This document shows, piece by piece, positions 37,978 to 50,616 of a stretch of DNA of 64,000 nt. Each line of letters begins with the position of its first letter. The first letter of the stretch is position 1. The position numbers and the translations under genes were made by a program. The notes under the pieces were generated by a model. The model was given only the letters and a program-made list of their open reading frames with translations. It ran no database searches and was not told the DNA's origin. The DNA comes from Squalus acanthias (lineage: Eukaryota): NCBI GenBank assembly GCA_030390025.1, contig CM059433.1, forward strand, positions 21,206,001 through 21,270,000. Direction: 5' to 3'.

Positions 37978-38255
37978 CACAAAACTGCAGATTCTGGAAA
38001 TCTAAACTGAAAAAAAAAATGGAAATGCTCAGCAGGTCAGGCAGCATTTGTGGAATAAACAGCAGTTGACATTTCAGGGCTTTCCTGAGGACTGAGAGAT
38101 ATTACAGATGAACGGCATTTGGCTATTCATTGATAATGCTGTTCATTTGTACTTTTCCTAGTCTTGAAGAAGAGTGTTAAATGCCAACTGCTGTTTTTTT
38201 TCCACAAGTGCTGCCTGCCCTGCTGTGGATGTTCAGCTTTTACTGTTTCTATTTT
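37978..38255. mobile_element. Decayed inverted pair of Penelope-type termini
   Basis: CAGCAGGTCAGGCAGCATTTGTGGAA ... TTCCACAAGTGCTGCCTGCCCTGCTG. Confidence 0.6.
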
Positions 38256-38382
38256 CCCATGCAGAGCACAGATGGGATTACCAAGCCAAGGAACTGAATG
38301 CTTATCCATGAAAAGATCTTAGATGTCTGATAGAAGAGAGGTTTATTACCAATATTATGATTGAGCTTTCTTGATTACTTAC

Positions 38383-38485
38383 TGATCTTCTCATCATCGA
38401 AGTTAACACTCCATTTGTTAGCATCATCTGGCTTCAATGATTCAACCGCTTGAATTTTGACTGGGAGATAACCATTTTGTGGAGG
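38383..38485 (-). CDS. Putative internal coding exon of an unidentified host gene (PPQNGYLPVKIQAVESLKPDDANKWSVNFDDEKI)
   Basis: Branch point CTAAC about 26 nt upstream, acceptor TTTGCTTTCAG, donor GTAAGT, 103 nt, only one open frame, lies in non-repetitive sequence. Confidence 0.55.
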
Positions 38486-38896
38486 CTGAAAGCAAATTTG
38501 ATGGCATCCGTTAGATTGAAGCTCATGATCACCAGAGAAGGGTCAAGCTCACTTCCCTGAATAACCTTTACAAAGAAACGTGACAGTTTTCAAGCAAGAG
38601 ACTATTAAAATGTAACAACAGAAATAACATTTTCTTCCAAGCACTGCAGAAAATTACTTTGTATAAAACTTTGTATAAATAATTGTGTACTCCTTTAGAA
38701 CTTTATGGGGTATGGCGCTACTGAATATTATCTGTTTAGTTTAAGTTTAACTTAATTTTGGATCTTTTCACCAGTAAATGGGCTACCAGCTGGATGTGGT
38801 AACTTACAGCTTGAGATAGTTTCATTAGATCCAAACGTATGCTAATGAAAGGCTTTTGGATACAGACCGAGTGGCAGTCAGACATATCAACTGGGT

Positions 38897-38998
38897 TAAC
38901 AACAGAAAACGCTGGAAAAACTCAGCAGGCCAGGCAGCATCCGTGGAGAGAGAAAGAGAGTTAACGTTTCAGGTCGATGACCTTTCGTCAGAACTGGG
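38897..38998 (-). mobile_element. Young Penelope-type terminal repeat
   Basis: Near-identical to 21137-21238; flanked by AACTGGGT direct repeats (38889-38896, 38992-38999), which overlap element sequence. Confidence 0.75.
38959..38995 (-). ncRNA. Minimal type I hammerhead ribozyme
   Basis: AGUU-CUGACGA-A-AGGUC(AUC)GACCU-GAAA-CG-UU-AACU. Confidence 0.8.
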
Positions 38999-40552
38999 TG
39001 CTTGGATAAGTGCCTTTAGATGTGCAGATGAGTAGGCAATGTTAGATCTAATTATCCATTGCCTGCAATTGGAGAGTGAAGAAGCTGGTTGAGGCCATTA
39101 GTCACTATGAAGGAGAGCAGAAAGGGCTTCAAATGTCTTTTGATCTGGCATCAGGACAATGTTCATAAAATATAACCACAATCCCTGCAAAAGGTAATAT
39201 CTGGAACCCTTTGCACCAAAGACATCAGAACAGTGTCTGCTCTGTTCCATCATCTGAATGTTAGGAAGTTCATCCTGATTTGTACCAAAGGAATGAAAGT
39301 TAACTGATGTAATTCAAATTTTGAAAAAGGTTGGAGGCATGATCCTGGGAATTATAGGCCTAGTAGCTTGACATCAATAGTGAGCAAAACAGTGGTCTAT
39401 TTTAAAGGAATCAATACTGCAGGATTTAATGCAATAAAGCCAAGATTGATTTCTAAAACACAGTTTGTGTCTTATAAATGGATTAGAATTTGTTGAGAAT
39501 GTAATAGTTAGGTGAGGATGGTTAAGTGGTGGATGTAACATATTTTGATTTTCAGAATGCATTTGATAAGGTCCTTCACAGAAGATGTGGCTAAAATGAC
39601 ACCTTCATGCAATTCATAGTGAAGTAGTAAATGGATTATTAATTCACCATGTAATTAAAAATGCAGGATGGTTACTGTTAGATATTTGGGTTTGCAATAG
39701 ATACCTTCTTGGGCTCAGTGGTATCAGTTGCTGCCGTTAAGTGGATCCCACACAATTTATGTGCTGGAGTGCATTCTCACTGCCCAATATCTACCTACAC
39801 AATACCACAATCCAAGGGTTCAACTATAGTACTGCCTTCTGATATGAACTGGATGTTCATGTCTTAGGTGTTGAGGCTAGGTCAGTTGAAAATTTCAACA
39901 CTGAGATTGGTAGATTTTTGTTAGGCAATCGTAATAAAGGTTACAGAAAAAAAGGTGGGTATATGGAGTTAAGATACAGATCAGCCATGATCCACTTGAA
40001 TGCCTTGTCAGCTGAGGCTAGATACAAATCATTAAGCTGCTTTATTTTACAGCAAGTGAACATACAGAGCAACAGTTGTGCACAGACTCACTTAATTCAG
40101 TCAGTATTACTTGTCTTTGTGTAACAATACAAAATAATGAGCAAAATGTGATTCCCCACAACAGTGGACTTAAAAAACTTAAACAAAGTAACCATAAACT
40201 ACCCTCCTGCTTTATTCTTCTTCTGAGCCTGGGCAAAGCCTGTCCTCACAGCTTTCTGTTGAAAACCCAACCGACATTACAGTCTTTGCTGGACCTGACT
40301 GTCAACCCCCATCTCTGTCCCTATCTGTATTTCTATCTCCTGTGTTTACATCCAGAAGGGAAGGTTTGGCAGACAACCCCTGTCATGTGCTCAGGACCAG
40401 AATCTTCCCAAAACAATGGATGTGAGGTGATGACCAATTATCAAGACAGGCTAACAAATTACTTATTGTTTATAGTCTTTGGGGACAACAACTACAATGT
40501 TTAGTCCATTATTATATTAACAACCTTTTGTCTTGGTACTCTTTTTGTAAAC

Positions 40553-41612
40553 TTATTTTTATTTGTTCATGGAACGTGGGCGTTGCTGGCAAGGCCAGCA
40601 TTTATTGCCCATCCCTAATTGCCCTTGAGAAGGTGGTGGTGAGCCGCCTTCTTGAACCACTGCAGTCCGTGTAGTGAAGGTACTCCCACAGTACTGTTAG
40701 GGAGGGAATTCCAGGATTTTGACCCAGTGGCGATGAAGGAACGGCGATATAATTCCAAGTCAGGATGTTGCGTGACTTGGAGGGGAACTTAGAGGTGGTG
40801 GTGCTCCCATGCGCCTGCTGCCCTTGTCCTTCTAGGTGGTTAAGGTCGTGGGTTTGGGAGGTGCTGCCAAAGAAGCCTTGGTGAGTTGCTGCAGTGCATC
40901 TTGTAGATGGTACACACTGCAGCCACAGTGCGCCGGTGGTGGAGGGAGTGAATGTTTAAGATGGTAGATGGGGTGCCAATTAAGCGGGCTGCTTTGTCCT
41001 GGATGGTGTTGAGCTTCTTGAGTGTTGTTGGAGCTGCACTCATCCAGGCAAGCGGAGAGTATTCCATCACACTCCTGACTTGTGCCTTGTAGATGATGGA
41101 AAGGCTTTGGGGAGTCAGGAGGTGAGACACTCACCGCAGAATACTGCCTCTGACCTGCTCTTGTTGCCACAGTATTTATATGGCTGGTCCAGTTAAGTTT
41201 CTGGTCAATGGTGACCCCCAGGATGTTGATGGTGGGGGATTCACCGATGGTAATGCCGTTGAATGTCAAGGTGAGGTGGTTAGACTCTCGCTTGTTGGAG
41301 ATAGTCATTGCCTGGCACTTCTGTGGCGTGAATGTTACCTGCCACTTATCAGCCCAAGCCTGAATGTTGTCCAGGTCTTGTTGCATGTGGCCATGGACTG
41401 CTTCATTATCTGAGGAGTTGCAAATGGCACTGACCACTGTACAGTCATCAGCGAACATCCCCATTTCTGACTTATGTTGGAGAGAAGGTCATTGATGAAG
41501 CAGCTGAAGATGGTTGGGCCTAGGACACTGCCCTGAGGAACTCCTGCAGTGATGTCCTGGGGCTGTGATGATTGACCATCAACCACCACAACCATCTTCC
41601 TTTGTGCTAGGC
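40553..41612 (-). mobile_element. Second LINE family, RT 3' fragment
   Basis: [28 protein letters not shown]; reverse complement of 9003-9860. Confidence 0.92.
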
Positions 41613-42056
41613 ATGACTGTGGACACACTTTGCTTTAAAAGCCTAACATTAAAAGTGTCTGTTTTTCCAATTCCTTTCTGTGGAAAAATGTTCAGAAAAC
41701 CCGAAATTGTGACATTTACCAATGCCAATGCTAATGAATTTGGCAGTTTTAATCAATGAAATCCACCTCAGATTTAGAACGATTTCCTTAATTAATATGA
41801 TATGTCTCCAACAAGGAAGAGTACAGTACCATACAACAAATACATAATTCACCACAAATATATATTCCTTTAAGGCACAAAAACCCCACAGGAAAAGTGG
41901 TCCAACGGTAGCTAACAAGAGAAGTTAAAGATAGTATTAGATCAAAGGAAGAGGCTTATAATGTTGCCAAAAAGAGTAGTTAGCCTGAGGATTGGGAGGA
42001 TTTTATAATTCAGCAAAGGAGGACCAATAAATTGATAAGGAAAGAGAAAAAAGAAT

Positions 42057-42804
42057 GGCCCTGAATTTGCAGTCGGAGGCTTCCCGCAGGGAAATGCCTC
42101 TGATCCGTAAGTAAAATCCGGGCCTACCTGGTGGTAAGGGATGTCCGGAGACTCGCGCTCCTGGGCCTCCCCGGGTACCCATGGGTAGAGGCCCACGTAT
42201 CTCAGGGGCGCAGGTGGTTCACGAGCGCCCCTGGGATCACGTGGGCTGGCCCAATGAATGAAAGAAGGGGATCTCTATTCATGCTTATGGGGATTCTGAA
42301 TGTACGGAAATCCCATAAGCATGAATGGGAATATCCCCAAAAATACATCTATACGTCAATTAAATTAAAAAAAAATCACATATTTTAAATTAATTTAAAT
42401 GGAATTTAATTATATATTTAAAACAAAAAATGTAATTTTTTGAAAAATAAATTTACATGTTTTAAAGGGGCTAAAAATAAACTTACCTTATTTCACAGAT
42501 GTATAAATTATTGATAACATTTTATTTTTCTGTTTTTTAAAACTCTTATGCTGGTAAAAACAGACCTTACACCTGTTTTTACCAGGCATAAGAATTTCAC
42601 GGGCATTCGCTGGGCAGAAGTTGGGCAAATAGCGCAACTCTCCGCCCGCAAATGCCCTTTTCTCGGGAATGCGGATGATCTGTCAAGATTCTTGACAGAT
42701 CGCAAGTTCCGGGTTTGAACGCATACACAAACCCGGACCTTGCACGGCCCTTATGGGCGCGTACACACCTCGTATGCACCCATAGGAGCCGCAAATTATG
42801 GCCC
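42057..42804 (+). mobile_element. Harbinger-type MITE (family A-related)
   Basis: TIRs GGCCCTGAATTTGC / GCAAATTATGGCCC; shares CCCCTGGGATCACG.GGGC and GCTAAAAATAAACTTACCTT with 1117-1882. Confidence 0.8.
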
Positions 42805-42971
42805 ATTAAGAGAGTAAATTAGCAAGAGACATAAAAACCGATTGTAAACATTTCTGTAGGTATGTAAATAGGAAGAGATTAGTGAAAGTAAATGTGGGCC
42901 CATTAGAGGCAGAGACAGCAGAAGTTATAATGGGCAATAAGGAAATGGCAGAGACATTAAACAAATACTTT

Positions 42972-43615
42972 GGGCGCGATTTTGCAAATGGATGCGGCTG
43001 GGGAGCGGGTCAGCTGGTTTCCGGGTTCCAGTCCCGCCCCCAACTGCATCCGGCCAACGGACGTGATTTTACGTCGATTGGCCTTGTTAAGCCCGCCCTG
43101 TGGGCTTGCTGGCCAATTAATGAAGCCGGTCAGATGACGTAATTTGATGATGTGTTATCTGCCGGTTTTCTTAAAGGGACCACACACAATTTTTCTTTGA
43201 CAGCTCATTTCTCAGTGTTTGACAGCATTGAGGTGCTGCAAACACTGATAATGACTGTTCACAGGTGAGCTCTTGCACCCATGCTCTCCAATGACTCCCT
43301 CCATGGGCTAGAACAGATGGCAGCTGCAGGTGAGGTTACAGAAATGATCTGTCACTGGTGAGAGAGGTTCTCCCAATGAGGTGGGACTAGACAACCAATT
43401 CAAAACTTGTAACCTACAGAAAAGTGTAAATGCATTAAAAATGATTTTCCCAACATTTTCTTACCTCTGAAACACACCAGTGCACCATTGAATCCTTCTC
43501 ACCACTTCTGCAGCTGTCATCAATGCTGAAACATTACAGCAGACTCACAACACATCACACTTACCTAGCGTGGTGTTCAGATGTCGGGGAACCCGAGGCA
43601 GAAGCGGCAAAATTG
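42972..43615 (+). mobile_element. Harbinger-derived element with decayed Myb-gene start
   Basis: GGGCGCGATTTTGC left end; APMLSNDSL resembles the APRFS..SL start of these Myb proteins; right end only partly matches (GCAAAAT). Confidence 0.45.
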
Positions 43616-44191
43616 AAAAAGAGCCTGTTAACAAGTATTAAGAAAAGACTAAGCCTATAATCCCTAGTTTAGAAGAATGAGAGGTGATCTGAAGGTAGGA
43701 GAACTCTTGGAAAACCAAGACCGCAGCCTTATTCCAGAGCCTTATTATGTTAATTTTGAAAGTAGACAAAGAGTCCAAGATAAATGTGTAGGATTAGAAA
43801 TTAGCTAATTTTAATGGTATAAAAGTAGGCCTAGCCCAGATTAATTGACTGGTAATATGGCAGGTCAAACAATGGGCCAGCAGTGAGAGATATTTAAATA
43901 TGAATAAGGTACAGGTCAAATAGATTTTGACTGGGAACAAAGGAAGTACATCAAAGGTAGCGTCTGCATTGTTAAATAAAGAGGCTAGAGCAAAAATGAG
44001 GTTTAAAAAGAGCCATATGATAAATGTAGGGGGGGAAAATACAGAAGTGAAGAGTGAGAAATAAAAAAATAAGTCAACAAAAAAGGGAAGTAGTAAAGGT
44101 TTTTATAAGCATCTAAGATTTAAGTAAAAGCATAATCAATGACGGGGACTATCCTGCACTTGAATGAGGCAATGGTAGAGATGCTGACTAA

Positions 44192-44586
44192 GGCCTTGAG
44201 TTTCCACTAGGTTGTGCTCTCTTTGGCGCAATTCGCCCAAAATCAGCCAAACCAGTGCAAAACATTGTGGAATTTTAAGTGCAAATTATGTTCAGTGCAA
44301 CTCGAGTTTCCGCAACCTTTTGTGCTAGTTTAAAAAACATCGTGCTCGAAGCCGGCCCTACCGACAAATATATCCAGGAATATTTTTTAAAGCAAAATTT
44401 TTAAGAAAACCTTACGTTCTAAAATGCTGCCTGATTGAATTGGTTCATGGCAAATTGTGCGTTCGGCAATAGGCAAATGTGTTCAGCAGAAACTTGAGGA
44501 TAAAAACACTTATCAAAAACTAGCACAATTTTGGGCACGGTTTGCGCCCGGATCGCCGATTGCGCCCAAAGCGGAAAATCTACCCC
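44192..44586. mobile_element. Harbinger-type MITE
   Basis: GGCCTTGAGTTTCC / GGAAAATCTACCCC termini interrupting the CR1 L..YFASVFT codons. Confidence 0.6.
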
Positions 44587-45533
44587 ATAGTGTTTTGCAT
44601 CAGTTTTTACAGAGAAATATTAAAGTAGGACTATAGGACTATCTCAGGGTGATATGGAAGATCCATCATTGGAAATAAGTATTCAAAAGGGCAGTTGAAT
44701 TAAAACAAATTAATGGAACTAAAATTCAACAAACCCAGATGGTATGTATCCCAGAATACGGAAGGAAGTTGGGGAAGATAAGAGATGAGGTACCTTTGGG
44801 AAAAATGAATTGTGCCAAAGGACTGGATGGTGGCAAATGTTACACCCTTTTTGAGAAAGGGGAAAAGGATAACCAGTGCATTCAAGGCCAATTAGTCTTA
44901 CATTGGTTGCAGGCAAACTGCCAAGTCCACAATATTGGATGAAATTAGTGACAACTTAGAAATACATGGGCTAATCAGGAACAGTCAGCATGGATTTGTA
45001 AAGTCAGGTCATGCTTGACTAATTTGATTGAGTTTTTTGAGGAAATCTCAGAGTATAAAGATAAAGGCTATGTGATGAATCTTGTATCTTATTTTGGAAA
45101 TGATTTGATGAGAAGCTAAAATTAAGGCAAATGGCTTTATAGGGAATGGAGCTGCACAGATAGAGGAATAGCCTAGGGACAGAAAGCAAAGAGTAGAGGC
45201 AAATGAATGTTATTGCGATTGATAGGATGTGTGTTGTTGTGTGCCCCGGGGATCTGTGCGGCAACCTCTTTTGCTTTCCATTCATATAAAATGATTTACA
45301 CAAAGAATGACATTAAAGTTTGCTAATGACACCAAGTTAGCAGACATAGCAAGCTGTGAGGAAGAATGCAAGAGCTTGCTGGAGGACGTAGACAGGTTGA
45401 TGAAGTTGGCACATTGGTGGCAGATCACATTCAATGCAGAATTGTGAAGTCATACATTTTGGGGAAAAAAAACAGTGAGTGGAAGTGGACCTAAAACTGT
45501 AAGATTATCACAGAGTGGAGAAACAGAGAGCTC

Positions 45534-46163
45534 TAGCTAGAAATTTGGCTCCTTTGCACCTGCGGCTGTGCCGCCGGCATTGACATCATCGCTGTGCGCT
45601 GCGACCCCTCAGCGCCCCGCCGCGTCGTCTTACTGCCCAGCGGCAGAAATTTGGCTGCGCCCCGCGAGGCTGCCGCGGGCGATGTCAGCGCCAGCCTCGC
45701 AGGTCGCGAACCGGGCCGACCTCAGCTCGCAGGGCGGTATTTAAAGGGGAGGTGTGGCCGCACCCTGCACCGCCATTTTCCTTTTTTGGCCGGCCTCCAG
45801 GTCGCCCCTCCGTGGTGTGCTAATGGTGTGGTCCTGGCCGCCATCGCGTAGCCCGGCACCGCGTCTTGGCAACGGGCTGCTGCAATGGCACCACGCCGCC
45901 TTGGTGGCCTAGTGTGGGCCATTAGAGGCCCAGCAGAGTGTGCAGCGGCCCTCCCGGAGGGGCATTGAAACGCGGAGCCTCCGCGGAGCGCTGCCGATCG
46001 CGCCCTGATATCGCCTCGGTTACCGCCCCACCAGGAAATGGAGCCCTCGAGATTGCGCACCATTTCCTGTGCGGGGTGGTAAGCTGAATTTAGCGGTACT
46101 TCCGCGCCGGGCGCTAAATGTCCGGCCTTAACTCGGTCGGGTCGGTAACCGAATTTCGCGCTC
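45534..46163 (+). mobile_element. GC-rich Harbinger-type MITE (family C)
   Basis: GCTAGAAATTTGG / CCGAATTTCGCG termini; shared blocks with 33663 and 27514. Confidence 0.65.
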
Positions 46164-47319
46164 AAAGATATTTAAAGGTGGAAGCGAAGATCACAAAGGC
46201 TATAAAAAGACAAATGAAATTCAGTTGGAAAATGTCTGTAATTATGGGAAACCCCATTATAGGAAGGATATTAGAGCTGTGGGAAAAGGGGTCAGTTAAG
46301 CTTCATTTGAATAATGCCAAGACTGAGAGTTCATTGTTATAAAAAAAGGGCTTGATAAATTAGAGTGTTTTCACTTTAACTGAAAAGTTCAACATTATGG
46401 ATAGATACGATTAATGTTTTCAAACTTATGAAGGTTTTGAGAGGATAAGTAGTGAAAGCTTGTTTCTACTAGTTGGCAAAACAGTAACAAGGGAGCATAG
46501 ACTCAGCATAACAACTAGAGGAATGAAGGGGAAGTTAAAAGATTATTTTCTCTCAGATGGTTATTAAAATATGGATTGCTTTACCACAAGTGGCTATTGA
46601 GACGGAAACTATAGCATCATTTAAAAATGAACTGAATAAGTATTGGAAAAGAGAATATAAAAGGATACAGGGAAAGTGGAGGGAGTGGGACTAGCTGAAG
46701 TGCTCTTGCAGAGAGCCGGCACAGGCTCGACGGGCCGAATGGCCTCCTTCTGTGCTGTAACCATTGTGTGATTCTATGATTCTAAATGGGATTAGACAGC
46801 TATCACTGGCACAGTTACAATGAGCTATACGAGCTATAAATTCTGCAATTCTAGATCGGTCCTGGGATTCTGGTTGTTCACTCAATATTTATTGAAGGCA
46901 AATGTCCCTTTCTGTCTGCTCCAATGGTTTTACATCAAGTTTATTTGGACCGTCTCAGCACAGTAGAATAATACACACAATTTTGCAATCAGGATAGCAA
47001 GCAAGAAAAACATTGTTTGGGAGAACAGAAAGAGCCTTACTGACTTAGAAATACTCTGCCTTTTTGGCACAAGGTGGAGAAAAGGCGTGTTCTCCAGTCG
47101 TGATAACTCTCAGTATGATGAACACAAACTCACTAGGAGAATATCAGTTTTGTTATCAATCAGTTTCTCCTTATGATACAGAACAGGAATCCAAAATAAT
47201 TTTGTTTCATTTGTTCTTGGAATGTATTTATTGCCTACCCCTAGTTGCCTGGAGATGCTGGCAATAGATCTTCTTCTTGAGATAGCAATTGTACAGCTAA
47301 GAAGCATGTTCAGTCACTT

Positions 47320-47574
47320 CAGATAGTCATTTAATGGTGTGGAAGAGAGTCATGTGCAGACCAGACCGGGTAGGGGTAGCAGATTCCCTTTCCTGAATGT
47401 CATTAGGGAACCAATTGGTATTGTACAACAATCTGGCAGATTTCATGGCTATTTTTTCTGTTGCTAGCTGACAAATGACCACAGTTATTGAATTCAATTA
47501 CACAACGTGCCTACATGAGATTAGAACCCTCAACCTCTGGATTGCTAGTCCAGGTCTACAATCACTACACCATC
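47320..47574 (-). mobile_element. tRNA-derived SINE
   Basis: Minus-strand head TGGTGTAGTG (A box) ... GGTTCTAATCT (B box). Confidence 0.5.
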
Positions 47575-48265
47575 AGTAGTTTGAAGGTTTTCCTTCAATC
47601 AAGTGGAACCAATGATAATCAGACTTAGGTTTTCCACTCAAAACTTGTGTCCAGTGACAAGAAAGGAATTTGTGAGGAATATAGGATGGAGGAGAAACAA
47701 ATAAAGATAAAAAAAGTCCTATTTGGTACTTTGTCAATAATGAACTAGAGTTGGGGTCTTCAAGCTTTTTGTTTACATGCGTTGCTTTTGCGCGTGCCAC
47801 AGGGGTTCATGGCCACAAGTAAAGCACGGACTCGATGGGCCGAATGGCCTCCTTCTGTGCCGTTATGACTCTATGACTCAATGTTACAAGAGATTTGCAT
47901 ATATCACAAGTTACAGATAAAAACAGATTGTGGTGCTCTGATTTAAAAATTTATACACTAAGGAACGCTCTTCCCAAATCCCATGAAATTCAAACAGAGC
48001 AAACCAACATGCAAAAAATAAAAGAGCACTTACAACTTAGTTGCCTGGGCTTTGTTGGTCAGTTGTTCGGGCACTTTGAACTAGAGGCATGATGGAAAAT
48101 CTTTACACATGATTAAATTGAAAACCTGTAATACATACAGCACCTTGCACCATTTCTTGTTAGAAGAAAGGAAGAATTGCATTTAGATAGCACCTGATCA
48201 TGTGGCTGAGAAGCATCTCAAAGTGCTTCACATGCAATGAATTACTTTTGAAGTGGAGTAACTGT

Positions 48266-48905
48266 TCCAGCCCTACAACCCTTCGAGATCTCAGCGCTCC
48301 TCCAATTCTGATCTCTTGGGCATCCCCGATTTTAATTGCTCCATCATTGGCGGCTGAGCCTTCACCTGTCTAGGCTCTGGAATTCTCTCCCTAACCTCTC
48401 TACCTCTCTCTCTTCCTTTAAGGTGCTCCTTAAACCTATCTTTTTGACCAAGCTTTTGGTCACCTGTCCTAATATAGAAACATAGAAACATAGAATCTAG
48501 GAGCAGGAGTAGGCCATTCGGCTGATCATCCAAATCCAGTACCCTGTCCCTGCTTTAATCCCCACAGTACACATATCCCACCCTACCCCCGTAACCCCAC
48601 GTATTTAATTCCCCCTAACATATCCCATCCTATCCCCATAACCCCACATATTTAATACCCCCCTAACACTAAGGGTCAATTTATCATAGCCAAATCAACC
48701 TAACCCGCACATTTTTGGACTGTGGGAGGAAACCGGAGCACCTGGAGGAAACCCACGCAGACACGGGGAGAATGTGCAAACTCCACACAGACAGTCACCC
48801 GAGGTGTGGCTCGGTGTCAAATTTTTTTTGATAATCGCTCCTGCCAAATGCCTTGGGATGTTTTACTACATTAAAGGTGCTATATAAATGTAATGTTTTT
48901 GATAT
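48266..48905 (+). mobile_element. L2 3' end (interrupted at 48474-48803)
   Basis: Matches 518-840. Confidence 0.85.
48474..48803 (-). mobile_element. V-SINE (HE1-like) with CR1-derived tail
   Basis: V-domain GGACTGTGGGAGGAAACCGGAGCAC..GGAGGAAACCCACGCAGACACGGGGAGAA.GTGCAAACTCCACAC; tail matches the CR1 end at 10978-11101. Confidence 0.8.
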
Positions 48906-49303
48906 TGTCCTATAGGAAAATATGACAGTCATTTTATGAGCAGCAAGTTCCCACAAACAGCAAGGAGATGTATAGTCAGTTAATCTGCCTTTTTGAAGTA
49001 TTTATTTAGGCAGGAATATTGACCAGGGCACCAGGAAACTCTTTTTCAAGTAGTGCCATGTGACATCCAACATCTACCTGAACCCTTCCCTTCGTCTGCC
49101 AGCAGGAGAATGTGGAATAAAGCAATGGACAAAGGAAAGAGAGAGAGAGAGATGGTTTAACATCTCATGTGAAGGACGGCACATCTGACAATGCAGCACT
49201 GCACTGAATTGATAGATTAGATTATGAGTTCCAGCTTGTAGTATAGGGATCAAAGCTACAACTGAAGAGTGCTACGAACTGAACCACACTAGAGCCCAAT
49301 AAG

Positions 49304-49673
49304 AAGGTAGAAATTTGTATGCGTTCTGCCCATTTTGAACCTTAAAAACGGACACAAAGCATGCCAAATCAGCAGTGCACCCAATCTGTGCAGGCTTTTG
49401 GCCCACTGCAAAATCCATTGGGCCCATTTTTTAGGGGTCCCGGCCCCTTGTATATGTGAGTGAGAGGACAAACCCCTGTTTAAGGACGTGTTGCTGAGGT
49501 TTAGGATGAGTGGATCAGGTGTCGGGCCTGCTCCACTCAGAATTCTTCAGTGGTCCCTGTGGCCGCCAATGAAAAGTAGATTCCTTTCAAACACCACAGT
49601 CGCCGCCATTGCACCCAGTAGCTTGCCCCACCCTCCCTCCCGGGACGCACCTGATTTGACGAAAATCTACCCC
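49304..49673. mobile_element. Harbinger-type MITE
   Basis: GGTAGAAATTT / GAAAATCTACCCC termini, TSD AAG. Confidence 0.55.
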
Positions 49674-49994
49674 AAGGTGTCTCATGCATCCTTTCTTCAT
49701 TTGATTGACAATCAATTACCAGAAGCAGATGACATGTGCGACCAATCCAATATCTTCAAAAAAAAATTGATCTCTGATTTAAAAAAATTAGATGAAAGTT
49801 GACAGGCTGGGATTTTTGAAAATGTTGGTCATGTCTTTCCTGACTCCCCAAATGATGATTTACTCCTGTTTTTTGGCATTTGTAGTTTTCAATAAAATTT
49901 GAATAATCTCTGTACGTAGAAAAAGAGGTAATTCTGTGCAACTTTCATCAAGACTTGCGTATAGAAATAATTACTTTTATTTTGAAGAAAATGA

Positions 49995-50360
49995 CCTCAG
50001 TGAGTAAATGCATTACAAGTGTGGTACAGAGCCATAAAGGCCAGGGAGGTTCCAAATTCAAACACTAGCCTGTAGTTAGCTAATCTCATCTGGGGTGCTA
50101 ATGTTAGCCTCAGTGTCCCGAGGCTCAGGAGCGGAAAACTAGCCATGATGTCTGCTTGTGATGACTCTCCAGCGGGCCCTGCTGGAAAGTCTGCATGTAT
50201 GCACCTCAGGCAAGAACAGAAAGAGGATCGACTGTGAGGCTCACCAAAGTCCATTAGCCTTCTGAACCCCATTTTCTAGGTTCATAATGAAGTGTGGCCG
50301 CTTGGCTGAAGTATTGAAGGGTTACTGGTATCCATGGAAACAAACCACAGCATGAGGTGA
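49995..50360 (+). mobile_element. tRNA-derived SINE (AmnSINE2-like)
   Basis: TTAGCTAATCTCA...GCCTCAGTGTCCC...CCCTGCTGGAAAGT body; related copies elsewhere in the window. Confidence 0.5.
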
Positions 50361-50616
50361 AGTGGGGAATAGGATTTGCTTGGGGATAAAGAACAAGCTT
50401 TGATTTAAAAATGATAATTTTGCTCATCCTTAATAACTAATCTCTGTGTGTGAAGTGTAGGCTTTGCATTTTTATCAGTTCTGTTTTCTGTTATACAGTG
50501 TAAAGGTCTAATACAAAGACTAAATTTCCTGTGATGCAAAGACTGAATCAAAATTTCACATTGAGTTGAATGTGACTCCAGTGCCCAGTCCTTTGTGTAT
50601 ATACTGACAAGATAAC

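Larger units (their letters stand above)
41860..46785 (+). mobile_element. Composite of old CR1 ORF2 pieces interrupted by four Harbinger-type elements
   Basis: NVGPLEAETAEVIMGNKEMAETLNKYF, QHGF.KV.SCLTNL and FA.DTK remnants, CR1 3' end at 46785; probably at least two CR1 copies. Confidence 0.7.
48168..49290 (-). mobile_element. DeuSINE split by nested L2 and V-SINE insertions
   Basis: 3' part at 48168-48265 and remainder at 48910-49290 are collinear with 56222-56655. Confidence 0.6.

Noticed and set aside
40076..40504. 142-aa plus-strand ORF
   Set aside because: No motif, non-ATG start, composition consistent with chance.
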